A stretch of 64,000 bases of DNA from Eledone cirrhosa (GCA_964016885.1 OZ024741.1:130510001-130574000); one strand, 5' to 3'; positions 1 through 11,601 are shown, counted from the first letter of the stretch. Notes: generated by a model from the letters alone, not told the origin. A program made the numbers and translations.

Positions 1-391
1 TAGAAAATTATGTTCAGAAGATTTTAATTTAAATAGGAATACTTTAAAATGGGTGGTTCTCTTCCATAGACGCAGACACGTTTAAACTGGACTGGTTCTT
101 ATATAAAATTATACTGGCAGATTTTAATTTAAATAGGATCACTTTAAGACGGATGGTTGAGTCGCATAAATGCTTCTTCAACCAGACTGACATCATTGCG
201 CTTCCAAAACCAGACAAATGTGTAGATTATCAAAAGAACTCCAAACCAGACTCGATCGAAGCATGCCGGCTTCATTTCTTTCAAGCCTTCGCATTTTCTC
301 TGCAATCAATGCCTATGTTTAATTACCATGTAACACCGCACAACGCATATTGATATTATGCAGCCGAAAATTCGTTTACAGAAAAAAATTT

Positions 392-1525
392 TTTGTTGTC
401 AACAGAAGTAGTAGCTCCCTGAACTTTCTCCTTCCTGTTCTTATTCTAGCTACTATGCTCTTAGAGCAACCTCCTCCACTGCTAATTATGCCATCTAGGT
501 AGCAGACTCTACCAACCATTTATATGGATCCTTCATGGGATTGAAAAAGTTTATTTCCTTGATGCTCTCACTACCAACTATCTATGTGCATCTGCAACAT
601 ACAATGTCTATTTTCTTTTCTGTTAGTTTGCCTACTATCCCACTACACCTGTTAGGAACCCAGGATTTACATAATGTATATCGCATAGAATTCCTATCTA
701 CTCGGTTTCTACATATCAAACAAAGACACTTCTTGATAGGATCAGCGTCCTGTCTTCTTTCTTACTTAGTAAAACTTTGGTCTTTACAAAGTATACCCTG
801 AGACCTTTTGATTCTAAGTTTTGTTTTCACAACCGGATTTTTCCCTCAAGCCCTTCCACTGATTCAGTTTATAAACCAGGTCATCAGCATATAAAAATTC
901 CCATGGGTAGCCAGTCTTAAATTCGCTCTTATAACAACAAAAAGGAGTGGACTGAGGAGAGCCATGATAACCACAAGGGGCCTCGTTTGCCTTAAAAATA
1001 TGAGGGGAACAAACCAACATTTGTTGATTTTTAAAGGAACGTAAATTGCTATGGTGCCTTTCCCGGACCCTATCATATAAGGAAAATTTTACGCTAATTA
1101 AATTTTATATATTCAAATGAAGTTTAGATATAAAAAAAAATAAGCTTAAAAAGAATTTATTATATCAAATAAGCAAATAATAAAATATAAACGTTTGAAA
1201 AAGTGTGTGTGTAGGGGGGGGGGACTTGTCCCCTGGTATCCCACAGAAACAAGGCGCTTGATAACCACCTACCAGCACATTGAATTCCTCACTAAACTAA
1301 TTACCTGCTCACACAGAGAGCTCTTCTGTAAATAACTTGCACTGTCCTCACAAGACATTCCTCTATACATAGCTTCCATTTTACCGACCACGCAGAATGC
1401 CTGTGCTTTTTTTCGAGGCTAATAACATGAAGTTGTAAATCTGCCATCGACTTGTCTACAATTTTGCCCTTTGAAACTATCGTAAATCAATGAATTAATT
1501 TACTACTGCATCTGGTCTTATTCTT
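392..1525 (-). mobile_element. Decayed RTE-type LINE reverse transcriptase fragment, interrupted by a MITE at 975-1260
   Basis: Minus-strand translation across frameshifts gives EECLVRTVQVIYRR..FSEEFNVLVG (about 1265-1370), LSPLLFVVI, FKTGYPWEFLYADDLV (YADD catalytic motif, about 875-925), a Cys-rich segment, and CYLDGIISSGGGCSKSIVARIRTGRRKFRELL (about 392-505). This is the order expected in RTE-clade ORF2. Many stops and frameshifts. Confidence 0.8.
975..1260. mobile_element. Non-autonomous hAT-like DNA transposon (MITE), about 286 bp
   Basis: 8-bp direct repeat ATAACCAC at 967-974 and 1261-1268 (TSD). Imperfect TIRs: AAGGGGCCTCGTTTG versus the reverse complement of the right end, CAAGCGCCTTGTTTC. 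Removing it rejoins the RTE coding relic. An 8-bp TSD is typical of hAT. Confidence 0.6.
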
Positions 1526-1676
1526 TCATTGTTTTACATTATATATGTAATTCTGTAATTCCGGATACTCACTGATATGTAATGGAATATAACTCTTCCA
1601 CAAAAATAGATTCACTTTTGATAGGATATTCACATGAACACTGCATCGAGTTCTACAATGGTTATATATCATACCT

Positions 1677-1678
<2 letters not shown>

Positions 1679-1747
<69 letters not shown>

Positions 1748-1750
1748 AGT
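1679..1750. repeat. (TA)n(TG)n compound microsatellite
   Basis: Directly visible. Confidence 0.95.
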
Positions 1751-2869
1751 TTGCATGTGTATATCTGCATCTGTGTGCATGTTTCTGTGTCTGTATGTGT
1801 ATACACATGTGAAAATATTTCAGATACAACATGAGTGACATGCGATGTCTGGGGCATTAATCACCCAGAGGTCAGTGTTTTCGAGGTAGTTCAATTTACA
1901 GCAAATACTTATCTGTTAATATAACCTATTGACTTCAACAGAATCAACAGAATTAGTGTGTGTATGTGTGTGAGTGTGTGTGGGTGTATGCACGTGCGCT
2001 TTTTTGTGTATTTGTGTTATATAATTTGTTCATATATATCTTTGTCTATATGTATAGCTACGTGCGTGTTTGTGTACATGTGAGAGATATGTTTTTACTG
2101 TTTAGTCGAGAAGGAAAGGCCTTTCAAAACCGGTGGAAAGAAACGAATGAATACGTAAGTTATCCCTAAACCGTAAAAATGGCCAAAATCTTTGCGCCAG
2201 GGGCTGGTTTAAAGCTGGACGATAGTTTAAGTCTATTAATTACATAAAATATAATAGGATTTGAACTCATCTTGCATAGAACCAAGACAAATACCCCAAG
2301 ATATCTACTGTATATGTGTTCGTTTAACATTTTCAGTAGCCCCTTTTAATTTTTAGTCGTTCAGACATGTTGGCTGTGATCACACTAGAAGAACAGGTTT
2401 TTCCACTCTATTCAAACACTTCCAGCATGAATTTCTAGGACAGATACAGATACAACATAAGGTTACATAAAAATTCATCTTCCAATAGGAAATGACAAAT
2501 AATAGACTCTGCATGGTCACAACAATTCTTTCAGAATTATAACATCAGTTTATATTACGGGATGTCAAAGGTTTATGAAATCATAATAACAGGAATAAAA
2601 GTATTGCCACATGCCGAGCACTAATATGCATAACACTTACAGAAGAGCATCTAGCACCAAACGTAATGTGCAGAAATAGACATTCTAAGCTATGTTGTCT
2701 TGTGTACCATCAGGAAAGATATAGTCTTGTTTCAGTTGACATTTACATTTGTGAAGATGTTACATTCTTAATGCGTTTGTCACACTCAAACGTGGTTTGT
2801 GATACACTGATCGGTACATGTGATTGTCTGTACAATATACTTTTCGACAGTTATCTTAAACGATGATAA

Positions 2870-4500
2870 AACATTTGAAGAAAGTCTTGGAAAGATGTAA
2901 CAGGTATTAACCGGGTTAGATCAACATACAAATGTATTCCTTTTCAGTGATTTCAACCTGCGTAGCATTAATTGACCAGAGGGCCACATTCTAGCAGAAT
3001 CTCTGCTTGATATCGTCAGCAGACTATTTATGGAATAAATGATACTTACCCAAAGAGACATCTCTTGATTTTTACTTTACAAATAACCTGACAAAACCCA
3101 TTATTTACTTTCTTCTTGTTTGTTTGAAGTTTCAGTCGAAGGAGGGAGGGCAGTATTATGTCCGTTTTTCAATGTTTTTGTGTTTATTGGGGAAAGTGAG
3201 CAAAATACTATGAATCATGTCCAAGCGTCAGATCGAAGAATCGATCCTAATACTTCAAATATAGTGGATTCCGTCATGGGTACCGAAGCACCGGGTGACG
3301 GATTAAGTTTGCTATCTACAATTGTTTTTGATCATAAGAAAATAATTAATTTGTCTCCCGTGCCTCACAAAGCGTACTCAAATTCTATCTTATTCTACCT
3401 AAATTTCCATAAGATTCCCTGGACATTAATTCAAAAACGGATCTTCAAACAAAATTCGCCTTAAGTACTCCCTATGCAAAACAATGATGTGAAACCGAAG
3501 TAACTTATACCAACAAAGCAAGTTACATGTGTCGAAGAAAAATAGGCCAAACTTCATAAAACTATAGAATTGTAGGGAGAGAAAAATCCTAATGAGACGC
3601 AGAACAAACTTCTAAAATAGCGTAAATGAACACATCATACGCAGAGAAAGAGAGAAAACACTTTAAAAGGACACTTTTAGTAATTGATTATATAATATAA
3701 TAATGCCATGAAAGAGAAACGAAGGCTGCAGAAATCATAAAAAACAGCCTTTAGACTTCCCATAGCTTTGAAAAATAGACGCTTAGGTGCATTGTTTTGA
3801 AGAAAATACCTGACCTCTGCAGACCCTTACAGCGTACTACTTGTATGTGGAAAGCTTCCCAAAATCTGAAAGGCGACATAATATCTCCTATCCATAAGAA
3901 AGGAAGAAAAACAGCTGTTATGAGTTACAGGCTTTTATATTTGACGTCACATACCAGCATGAAACAAGTCATGAAACGAATTTATCAGAGAGAAAATCAC
4001 TACATTTCTAGAAAATGGTTTTCTAAGTAATATTCATCACAGTTTCTGTCCGAGTAGAATCTGCCACACACAGTTTCTACAGCATTAAGATTGTCCGTTG
4101 AAAAGGCTGCTTAATCAGTCGAACTTAGATATTGTATATCTCAACGCCATGGAGGTTTTTCTTCATATGATATGCTACAAGCTGCGTGATTTCGTAATGG
4201 TTAACAATTTAGGAGGCTTTCTGAATGACATTTCAAAGGACAGAACTCAAATTGCGGAAGGCAGCTGTGCTTTTTCAAAAGATCCTATTATGATGACCTG
4301 AATACTTCAGGGAATTCTAATAACTCCTCTTTGACATATCTTCTCTTTTACACACTGTAAATATCATTAACTGTTCTGTCACAAAATATTAAAGGAAACC
4401 AAGAGTTACGATGGCCTGAAAATCTCCCAGAAAGAGCTTAATGCAATATATATGCAAATTAATTCAATGTTGGAAAGTTTCAAACACTTCTCTATCGATG
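2870..4500 (+). mobile_element. Decayed CR1/L2-like LINE ORF2 relic (APE endonuclease + RT)
   Basis: VFLFSDFNLRSIN (GDFN-like APE motif, about 2935-2975); IISPIHKKGRK..SYRLLYLTSH; HHSFCPSRICHTQFLQH; LLNQSNLDIVYL..MICYKLRD..KDRTQ; LQG; FNVGKFQTL. These follow RT domain order with many stops and indels. Confidence 0.75.
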
Positions 4501-5132
4501 TATCCTCTTTTAATTTCAACGATGATTATTCAATTATTCGGTCAAAGGAACTACCTACTCGTTAATTTAGCGTGAAATCAGCTGAGTATTCCTCAGATAC
4601 GTGTACATTAATGTAATTCTTATTGCCTTCTCTATGCAGTATATGAGCTTGTTGAAAAGAAGAGGAACATTTCGGACGAAACTCTGTGTAGTTTATGAAA
4701 AACTTTACTGCATGAATTTATCGTTTAATTAGAAAGGGAGAAGCGTGACCCTTTAAGTGGTCCCTTCAGGTCGTCAGAGATTCGTGGCTCAGAGAAATGA
4801 TAAGGTCCTCAACCCAGATGCCTGATCCGAATGCAAAATATTGAACTCAGCTGAAGGCTTCTAAAGAGAAAGTGGTGGCGTTAAAGGAGGTGACTGGTTA
4901 AGTGTAGCTCCTGAAACTTCAGTGCAAAGAGCCTGGACAGATGCCATGAGTAATCTTGACTTATGCGCTACCAATGCCATCAACACCCCGCCGAGGACTC
5001 GTATATTATCTTATCGAGCTTGGGAGGATGAGAGGAAAGTTTGCCTCAGGTAGAATTTGAACTCATAGTGTAGAGAACTGGATGAAATTCTATATTGCAA
5101 TAAACGGAACAAATACATGTATTGGGGTAGAT

Positions 5133-5503
<371 letters not shown>

Positions 5504-5634
5504 ATAAATGCTCTGAAATAGCGATATATATGTGAATATAGACATAGAATATTCGAAAATATTCTGTATGTTTATAATAAACATTTTGAAGACCTAATCG
5601 CTATAGAATAGAATACGTCACGTATTACAATTAG

Positions 5635-5723
5635 ATTCTCGATAAAAGCAAGGGAAGTAATCTACGCGTTTCATTCTCGTTAGAAATCATCAGGACTACA
5701 TATCCAGTGCTTTTATCGAGAAT
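5635..5723 (-). ncRNA. Type I hammerhead ribozyme, array copy 1
   Basis: Minus strand: ATTCTCGATAAAAGCA-ctggatat-GTAGTC-CTGATGA-T-TTCT-aacg-AGAA-T-GAAA-CGCG-TA^GATTAC-ttccct-TGCTTTTATCGAGAAT. The CUGAUGA/GAAA/UH core is present; stem I is GUAGUC:GAUUAC plus a 16-bp perfect distal helix; stem II is 4 bp; stem III is minimal and palindromic (ACGCGU). Predicted cleavage between 5663 and 5662. Confidence 0.85.
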
Positions 5724-5944
5724 GACACAGCTAGAGACTTATAGAATACTTAGCTGTGTACAGGAACTGGTTTGAAAGAGCGGTTGCCGGTCCGGCAGAA
5801 ATTAGAAATTGGAATAAATGCTCTGAAATAGCGATATATATGTGAATATAGACATAGAATATTCGAAAATATTCTGTATGTTTATAATAAACATTTTGAA
5901 GACCTAATCGCTATAGAATAGAATACGTCACGTATTACAATTAG

Positions 5945-6033
5945 ATTCTCGATAAAAGCAAGGGAAGTAATCTACGCGTTTCATTCTCGTTAGAAATCAT
6001 CAGGACTACATATCCAGTGCTTTTATCGAGAAT
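5945..6033 (-). ncRNA. Type I hammerhead ribozyme, array copy 2
   Basis: Same sequence as 5635-5723, offset +310. Confidence 0.85.
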
Positions 6034-6254
6034 GACACAGCTAGAGACTTATAGAATACTTAGCTGTGTACAGGAACTGGTTTGAAAGAGCGGTTGCCGG
6101 TCCGGCAGAAATTAGAAATTGGAATAAATGCTCTGAAATAGCGATATATATGTGAATATAGACATAGAATATTCGAAAATATTCTGTATGTTTATAATAA
6201 ACATTTTGAAGACCTAATCGCTATAGAATAGAATACGTCACGTATTACAATTAG

Positions 6255-6343
6255 ATTCTCGATAAAAGCAAGGGAAGTAATCTACGCGTTTCATTCTCGT
6301 TAGAAATCATCAGGACTACATATCCAGTGCTTTTATCGAGAAT
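6255..6343 (-). ncRNA. Type I hammerhead ribozyme, array copy 3
   Basis: Same sequence, offset +620. Confidence 0.85.
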
Positions 6344-6564
6344 GACACAGCTAGAGACTTATAGAATACTTAGCTGTGTACAGGAACTGGTTTGAAAGAG
6401 CGGTTGCCGGTCCGGCAGAAATTAGAAATTGGAATAAATGCTCTGAAATAGCGATATATATGTGAATATAGACATAGAATATTCGAAAATATTCTGTATG
6501 TTTATAATAAACATTTTGAAGACCTAATCGCTATAGAATAGAATACGTCACGTATTACAATTAG

Positions 6565-6653
6565 ATTCTCGATAAAAGCAAGGGAAGTAATCTACGCGTT
6601 TCATTCTCGTTAGAAATCATCAGGACTACATATCCAGTGCTTTTATCGAGAAT
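6565..6653 (-). ncRNA. Type I hammerhead ribozyme, array copy 4
   Basis: Same sequence, offset +930. Confidence 0.85.
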
Positions 6654-6874
6654 GACACAGCTAGAGACTTATAGAATACTTAGCTGTGTACAGGAACTGG
6701 TTTGAAAGAGCGGTTGCCGGTCCGGCAGAAATTAGAAATTGGAATAAATGCTCTGAAATAGCGATATATATGTGAATATAGACATAGAATATTCGAAAAT
6801 ATTCTGTATGTTTATAATAAACATTTTGAAGACCTAATCGCTATAGAATAGAATACGTCACGTATTACAATTAG

Positions 6875-6963
6875 ATTCTCGATAAAAGCAAGGGAAGTAA
6901 TCTACGCGTTTCATTCTCGTTAGAAATCATCAGGACTACATATCCAGTGCTTTTATCGAGAAT
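6875..6963 (-). ncRNA. Type I hammerhead ribozyme, array copy 5
   Basis: Same sequence, offset +1240. Confidence 0.85.
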
Positions 6964-7184
6964 GACACAGCTAGAGACTTATAGAATACTTAGCTGTGTA
7001 CAGGAACTGGTTTGAAAGAGCGGTTGCCGGTCCGGCAGAAATTAGAAATTGGAATAAATGCTCTGAAATAGCGATATATATGTGAATATAGACATAGAAT
7101 ATTCGAAAATATTCTGTATGTTTATAATAAACATTTTGAAGACCTAATCGCTATAGAATAGAATACGTCACGTATTACAATTAG

Positions 7185-7273
7185 ATTCTCGATAAAAGCA
7201 AGGGAAGTAATCTACGCGTTTCATTCTCGTTAGAAATCATCAGGACTACATATCCAGTGCTTTTATCGAGAAT
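7185..7273 (-). ncRNA. Type I hammerhead ribozyme, array copy 6
   Basis: Same sequence, offset +1550. Confidence 0.85.
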
Positions 7274-7494
7274 GACACAGCTAGAGACTTATAGAATACT
7301 TAGCTGTGTACAGGAACTGGTTTGAAAGAGCGGTTGCCGGTCCGGCAGAAATTAGAAATTGGAATAAATGCTCTGAAATAGCGATATATATGTGAATATA
7401 GACATAGAATATTCGAAAATATTCTGTATGTTTATAATAAACATTTTGAAGACCTAATCGCTATAGAATAGAATACGTCACGTATTACAATTAG

Positions 7495-7583
7495 ATTCTC
7501 GATAAAAGCAAGGGAAGTAATCTACGCGTTTCATTCTCGTTAGAAATCATCAGGACTACATATCCAGTGCTTTTATCGAGAAT
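7495..7583 (-). ncRNA. Type I hammerhead ribozyme, array copy 7
   Basis: Same sequence, offset +1860. Confidence 0.85.
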
Positions 7584-7671
7584 GACACAGCTAGAGACTT
7601 ATAGAATACTTAGCTGTGTACAGGAACTGGTTTGAAAGAGCGGTTGCCGGTCCGGCAGAAATTAGAAATTG

Positions 7672-7705
<34 letters not shown>

Positions 7706-10365
7706 CGTTATAATTTGTAAACAATTTCCTTTTCTTTCTCTCTCTTCACAAACGCGCGCGAGTGTGTGCATATGTACGTGCTTCTGTATTTATATGTGTG
7801 TATATAAAAATAGCTGACATCTAGGATGATGTACAAACAGAAGTCAGAAAAATAATAATAATAAACCACTGTATATATTGGAAACCAGTGTGTATAAGTA
7901 AACAACATTACTCAATACTTATCTAAGTGCTTATCTAATTCATACTGTTGATAGTAAGATTTCAGTCATAGCATTATTTATAGAAGATGGTTCACCTTTT
8001 TTCTCTGTTTACCGTTGTGAAAGACAAGTGTTCATTTTACATCAGGAAAAACACGCAAATTCAATTGTTTATCATTTATTTTTCAATTTAGTTTTTGTAA
8101 TAGTCTCTCGGTTTGCTTTATTCCTTAGGTTTTCTTGCTACGAGCCAACAATAAAATGTTTATACAGCTACACTTCTTTTTGGTAACAACAGTCACAACG
8201 CCCACAAATCAGATCCTATGCTATCTTCCAAATTCAAAATGAAGGACACGCTGGATAATGTAGTTCAAGAATCGCGGTGTATGAAACAACAAAAATAACA
8301 ACTAAGAGAATCATATTGAAACGTTCTTTTTCAGCGATTTGTTTCATTAAATTTGACACGGTGCTAAACAAAATGATAACAAAAATATGGCTGTCGTCTC
8401 TCTATTCTGACAATTTGGGAGGTGATGATAATCACAACCATAATGGATTTAAGCCATATTGGGTGCTCCCCACTTTTTTCAAGAATTTTCTCCTGCGCAA
8501 GGCTCACAGTTACAGGAGAAAGTCAAGGCCAATACGTCTGAGAGAGCCAACCGGGTTAAGGGGCTCACAATAGAGTCAATAATGTTTGACTAAAAAACCT
8601 AAATATGGCCCCACTCCATTTGTAGATTTGATGGATGACGCTGAGTTCATACGCTCTTCTATATAGGTAGTATTTTTACTTTTAGTCCTGTCAGGGTGTC
8701 CATTCATCCTCTACAACACCAGTTTGAGACTCTAAAATGGTGTGGGTTTAGTCCCTGAAGGTCCAACCATGAAATCGGGGGTAATGATTTACATGTTTAT
8801 CAGTAGATCATTTTTGACATCATAAACATCATAAACACCAACAACAAAAAGTAAAGCATTTCGCTTGAGGAAAGAGCTTCGAGTGTTGGAATGGCTGATG
8901 CAGCTAGTATCGTTGGTTGGTCTCTGCAACTGAGATGTACCAAACAGCCAACAGTGTAGAGTTTGCCTCCCCCTCATTTCTGTTTCTTTTTTATTTATAT
9001 ATATTTCCTTTTTTTCCCTTTTTTACTTTTTACTTGCTTGTGAATATATATTAAATTAAAATTTTGAATCAATAAAAGTTGCTCATTGTGTTTATTTCCC
9101 TAAATCTCTCTCATTTCATTCTTTCTCTTTCCTTTTTCTCGTTCTTTATTATTTGTATTATTTTTGGAATATTCAAAGGCCATAAATTTTAGTAGATAAA
9201 CACAATCAATTATATCGAGCAGTATTAAGCTGATAATTAATTTATCAACACCAAGATGTGGATGGGACCTCGATAATGTCCCGAAAAAAAGCCGTTTCAC
9301 AATTTAGCTTCAGTACCATTTTAAATTCTCTTTCTGAAACTGTCTCATATTACAAGGTTCCTTCCTCTCATTTTTTTTTTTATCTTTCCCAATCTATCTT
9401 CTAATATTTCAATTAATCTTACCTGTTGATCTGCACGATTTATCTATGTGTTAATATATTCCCTAACATTAATTAGACCCTCAGTTCTCATATTTACAAA
9501 TCGTTCAGTGATTTTCTTATTCCTTTTAATTTCATTTCTGTATAAGGTTATATTTCTTTAGTTTCTCTGAAACTTAAAAGTGTGTTTTTATAATTAATTT
9601 TCCATCAACCATGCAATGAAAACGATGTTCCCTTCTTTCAGAGTCCTCTGTTAGGATGCGCAAGCAGGCTCTGAGAAAAGCTGGAACATATGATCAGGTA
9701 TCTCGCTTTTCCAATCTCCATTTTTATGTCGGCTATTCAACACTTGGAAAATTCCACGAAATCTCATTATTTACTTGTAAAACCTAAACTGTAGCGCATA
9801 CTAGGTTGTTGCTACGACAGAGTACAGAATTTCTAAAGCTACGATGGTTACTGTATCTAATGTGGTATAACAAGGATTAGTCATAATTCATTGTTAAATC
9901 ATTATTGTTTCAAACATTGCCTGTCATGTCACCAATCTTTGATGTTCGAGGGTGGCCGTCTCTTCAGAACAGTCTAGGTGGACACTCTAATTCGCAATAA
10001 TTCAGATGCGAAGTTGTGGAATAAGAATATCTTATTTTGGTTTCAATACTTTTCAAGAATACTTTTCAAGAATTGAAATATTAAAAGAATAAGAGATAAA
10101 ATATTATGATGAAACACAGTTTCCAATTAATTAAGTCTATTTTTACTTAATATTGTGTTATTATGAAATAAACAGGAATTAGCTGTACGGTATTCAACAA
10201 AATCATGAAATATAACATTCATGCTGAGCTCGTACGACGCATTAAACATTGGAATGTCATAAACGTTTTGGATAAAAAGATGTATTTCTTCCTTATTTCC
10301 TAAGTTTTCCAGACAATCAAATAACGATCTAATGAACTGAATATACCTACACTAAGAAGCATTTT

Positions 10366-10600
10366 GAGATACAGAGAAAAGAGGAAGCAGTAAGAAAGAA
10401 ACAGACGGGTCACAGCGGAGGAAAATATATATATATATATATATATGAATATGAAAACATGGCGAGCTGCGTGGTTGGAAATGGGTTACATATGTCCCTG
10501 AAATCGATGAACGCCATGTTTTCATATTCATATATATATATTTTCCTCCGCTATGACCCGTCTGTTTCTTTCTTACTGCTTCCTCTTTTCTCTGTATCTC
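10366..10600. repeat. Inverted repeat, arms about 90-98 bp, 48-bp spacer
   Basis: GAGATACAGAGAAAAG...AAAACATGGCG (10366-10463) is the reverse complement of CGCCATGTTTT...CTGTATCTC (10512-10600); the internal (TA)n differs in length between arms. Confidence 0.9.
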
Positions 10601-10690
10601 TCACTTCCCTTTACCCCCTCTAACAGTCACTCTCTCTGTTAGCCTCTTCCTCACCTTTCACTCACTCACTCTCTGCTACTCCCTCTCCTA

Positions 10691-10955
10691 CTTCCTCCCG
10701 TTTGACCTGTGCGAAATTTTTTCCTCACGCACACTTTGACCAGGTCGGTTGTTCTTTATTCTTTCTCGTCTACGATTTCAAAGAACTTATGTTCACCGAT
10801 TTCAGGGACTTGACTCCTTCTTCCTCCCGTTTGACCTGGGCGAAATTCTTTCCTTGCTCACATTTCGACCAGGTTTGATGGTCTTTATTCTCTCTCGTCC
10901 ACGATTTCACAGAACTTATATTCATCGATTTCAGGGACTTGACTCCTTCTTCCTC
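10691..10955. repeat. 129-bp tandem duplication (2 copies plus start of a third)
   Basis: CTTCCTCCCGTTTGACCTG at 10691 and 10820; CTTCCTC again at 10949; copies are diverged. Confidence 0.85.
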
Positions 10956-11064
10956 ACTTTTCGTTGCATTACCATCTTTGATTGTTTACAGTCTCGCTCG
11001 TTCCCCTTATTTACGTGTCGCAACGACTTTCTTTAGCCGTTGCTCGCACCAACCGGAGGTATAT

Positions 11065-11177
<113 letters not shown>

Positions 11178-11214
11178 ATATACACGGGTGTGTATGATTG
11201 TGTATAGAAGATTA

Positions 11215-11595
11215 TATTAATAAGAGGAATTCCAGCTTTGTCTGATTTACTCGTTTTATTTACAATCCTTTAAAATTTATAATGGTATTATAATGAAATA
11301 GTATGATAGAATATTAAATTCTAAGTGTTAATTGAACAGGTACTTTCATGCTTTCGCAATCTTCAGGTTCATAATATGTGGTGACAGTCAAGTTTGCAAT
11401 TTTCAACTGTTGAAAATTGCAAACTTGACTGTCACTACATATTATGAACCTGAAGATTGCGAAAGCATGAAAGTACTTGTTCAATTAACACTTAACATTT
11501 AATATTCTATCATACTATTTCATTATAATACCTATATAAATTTTAAAGGATTGTAAATAAAACGAGTAAATCAGACAAAGTTGGAATTCTGCTTA

Positions 11596-11601
<6 letters not shown>
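11215..11601. mobile_element. About 387-bp near-perfect palindrome, probably an inverted Penelope-type pLTR pair
   Basis: Arms 11215-11407 and 11409-11601 centred on T11408 (...TTTCAAC-T-GTTGAAA...). Each arm carries an HHR motif and the right end runs into (TA)n. The PLE origin is inferred. Confidence 0.7.
11445..11483 (+). ncRNA. Minimal type I hammerhead motif (mirror copy at 11333-11371 on the minus strand has U16.1 changed to C)
   Basis: TGAAC-CTGAAGA-T-TGC-gaaa-GCA-T-GAAA-GTAC-TT^GTTCA: stem I TGAAC:GTTCA, stem II with a GNRA loop, palindromic GTAC stem III. Confidence 0.7.

Larger units (their letters stand above)
5498..7676 (-). repeat. Seven tandem, apparently identical 310-bp units, each with a hammerhead ribozyme (retrozyme-like array)
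   Basis: GGAATAAATG recurs at 5501, 5811, 6121, 6431, 6741, 7051 and 7361; a partial GGAATA at 7671 runs into (TA)n. No differences between copies seen by eye. (TA)n on both sides. Confidence 0.95.

Noticed and set aside
4-158. About 55-bp imperfect direct repeat at ~100-bp spacing
   Set aside because: Two diverged AT-rich copies at the window edge with no interpretable structure.
5498-7676. CRISPR array
   Set aside because: Units are wholly identical with no variable spacers, and the context is eukaryotic.
10464-10515. 5.8S rRNA-like words (AGCTGCGTG, TCGATGAA)
   Set aside because: Too short and in the wrong order; the second is explained by the inverted copy of 10921-10938.
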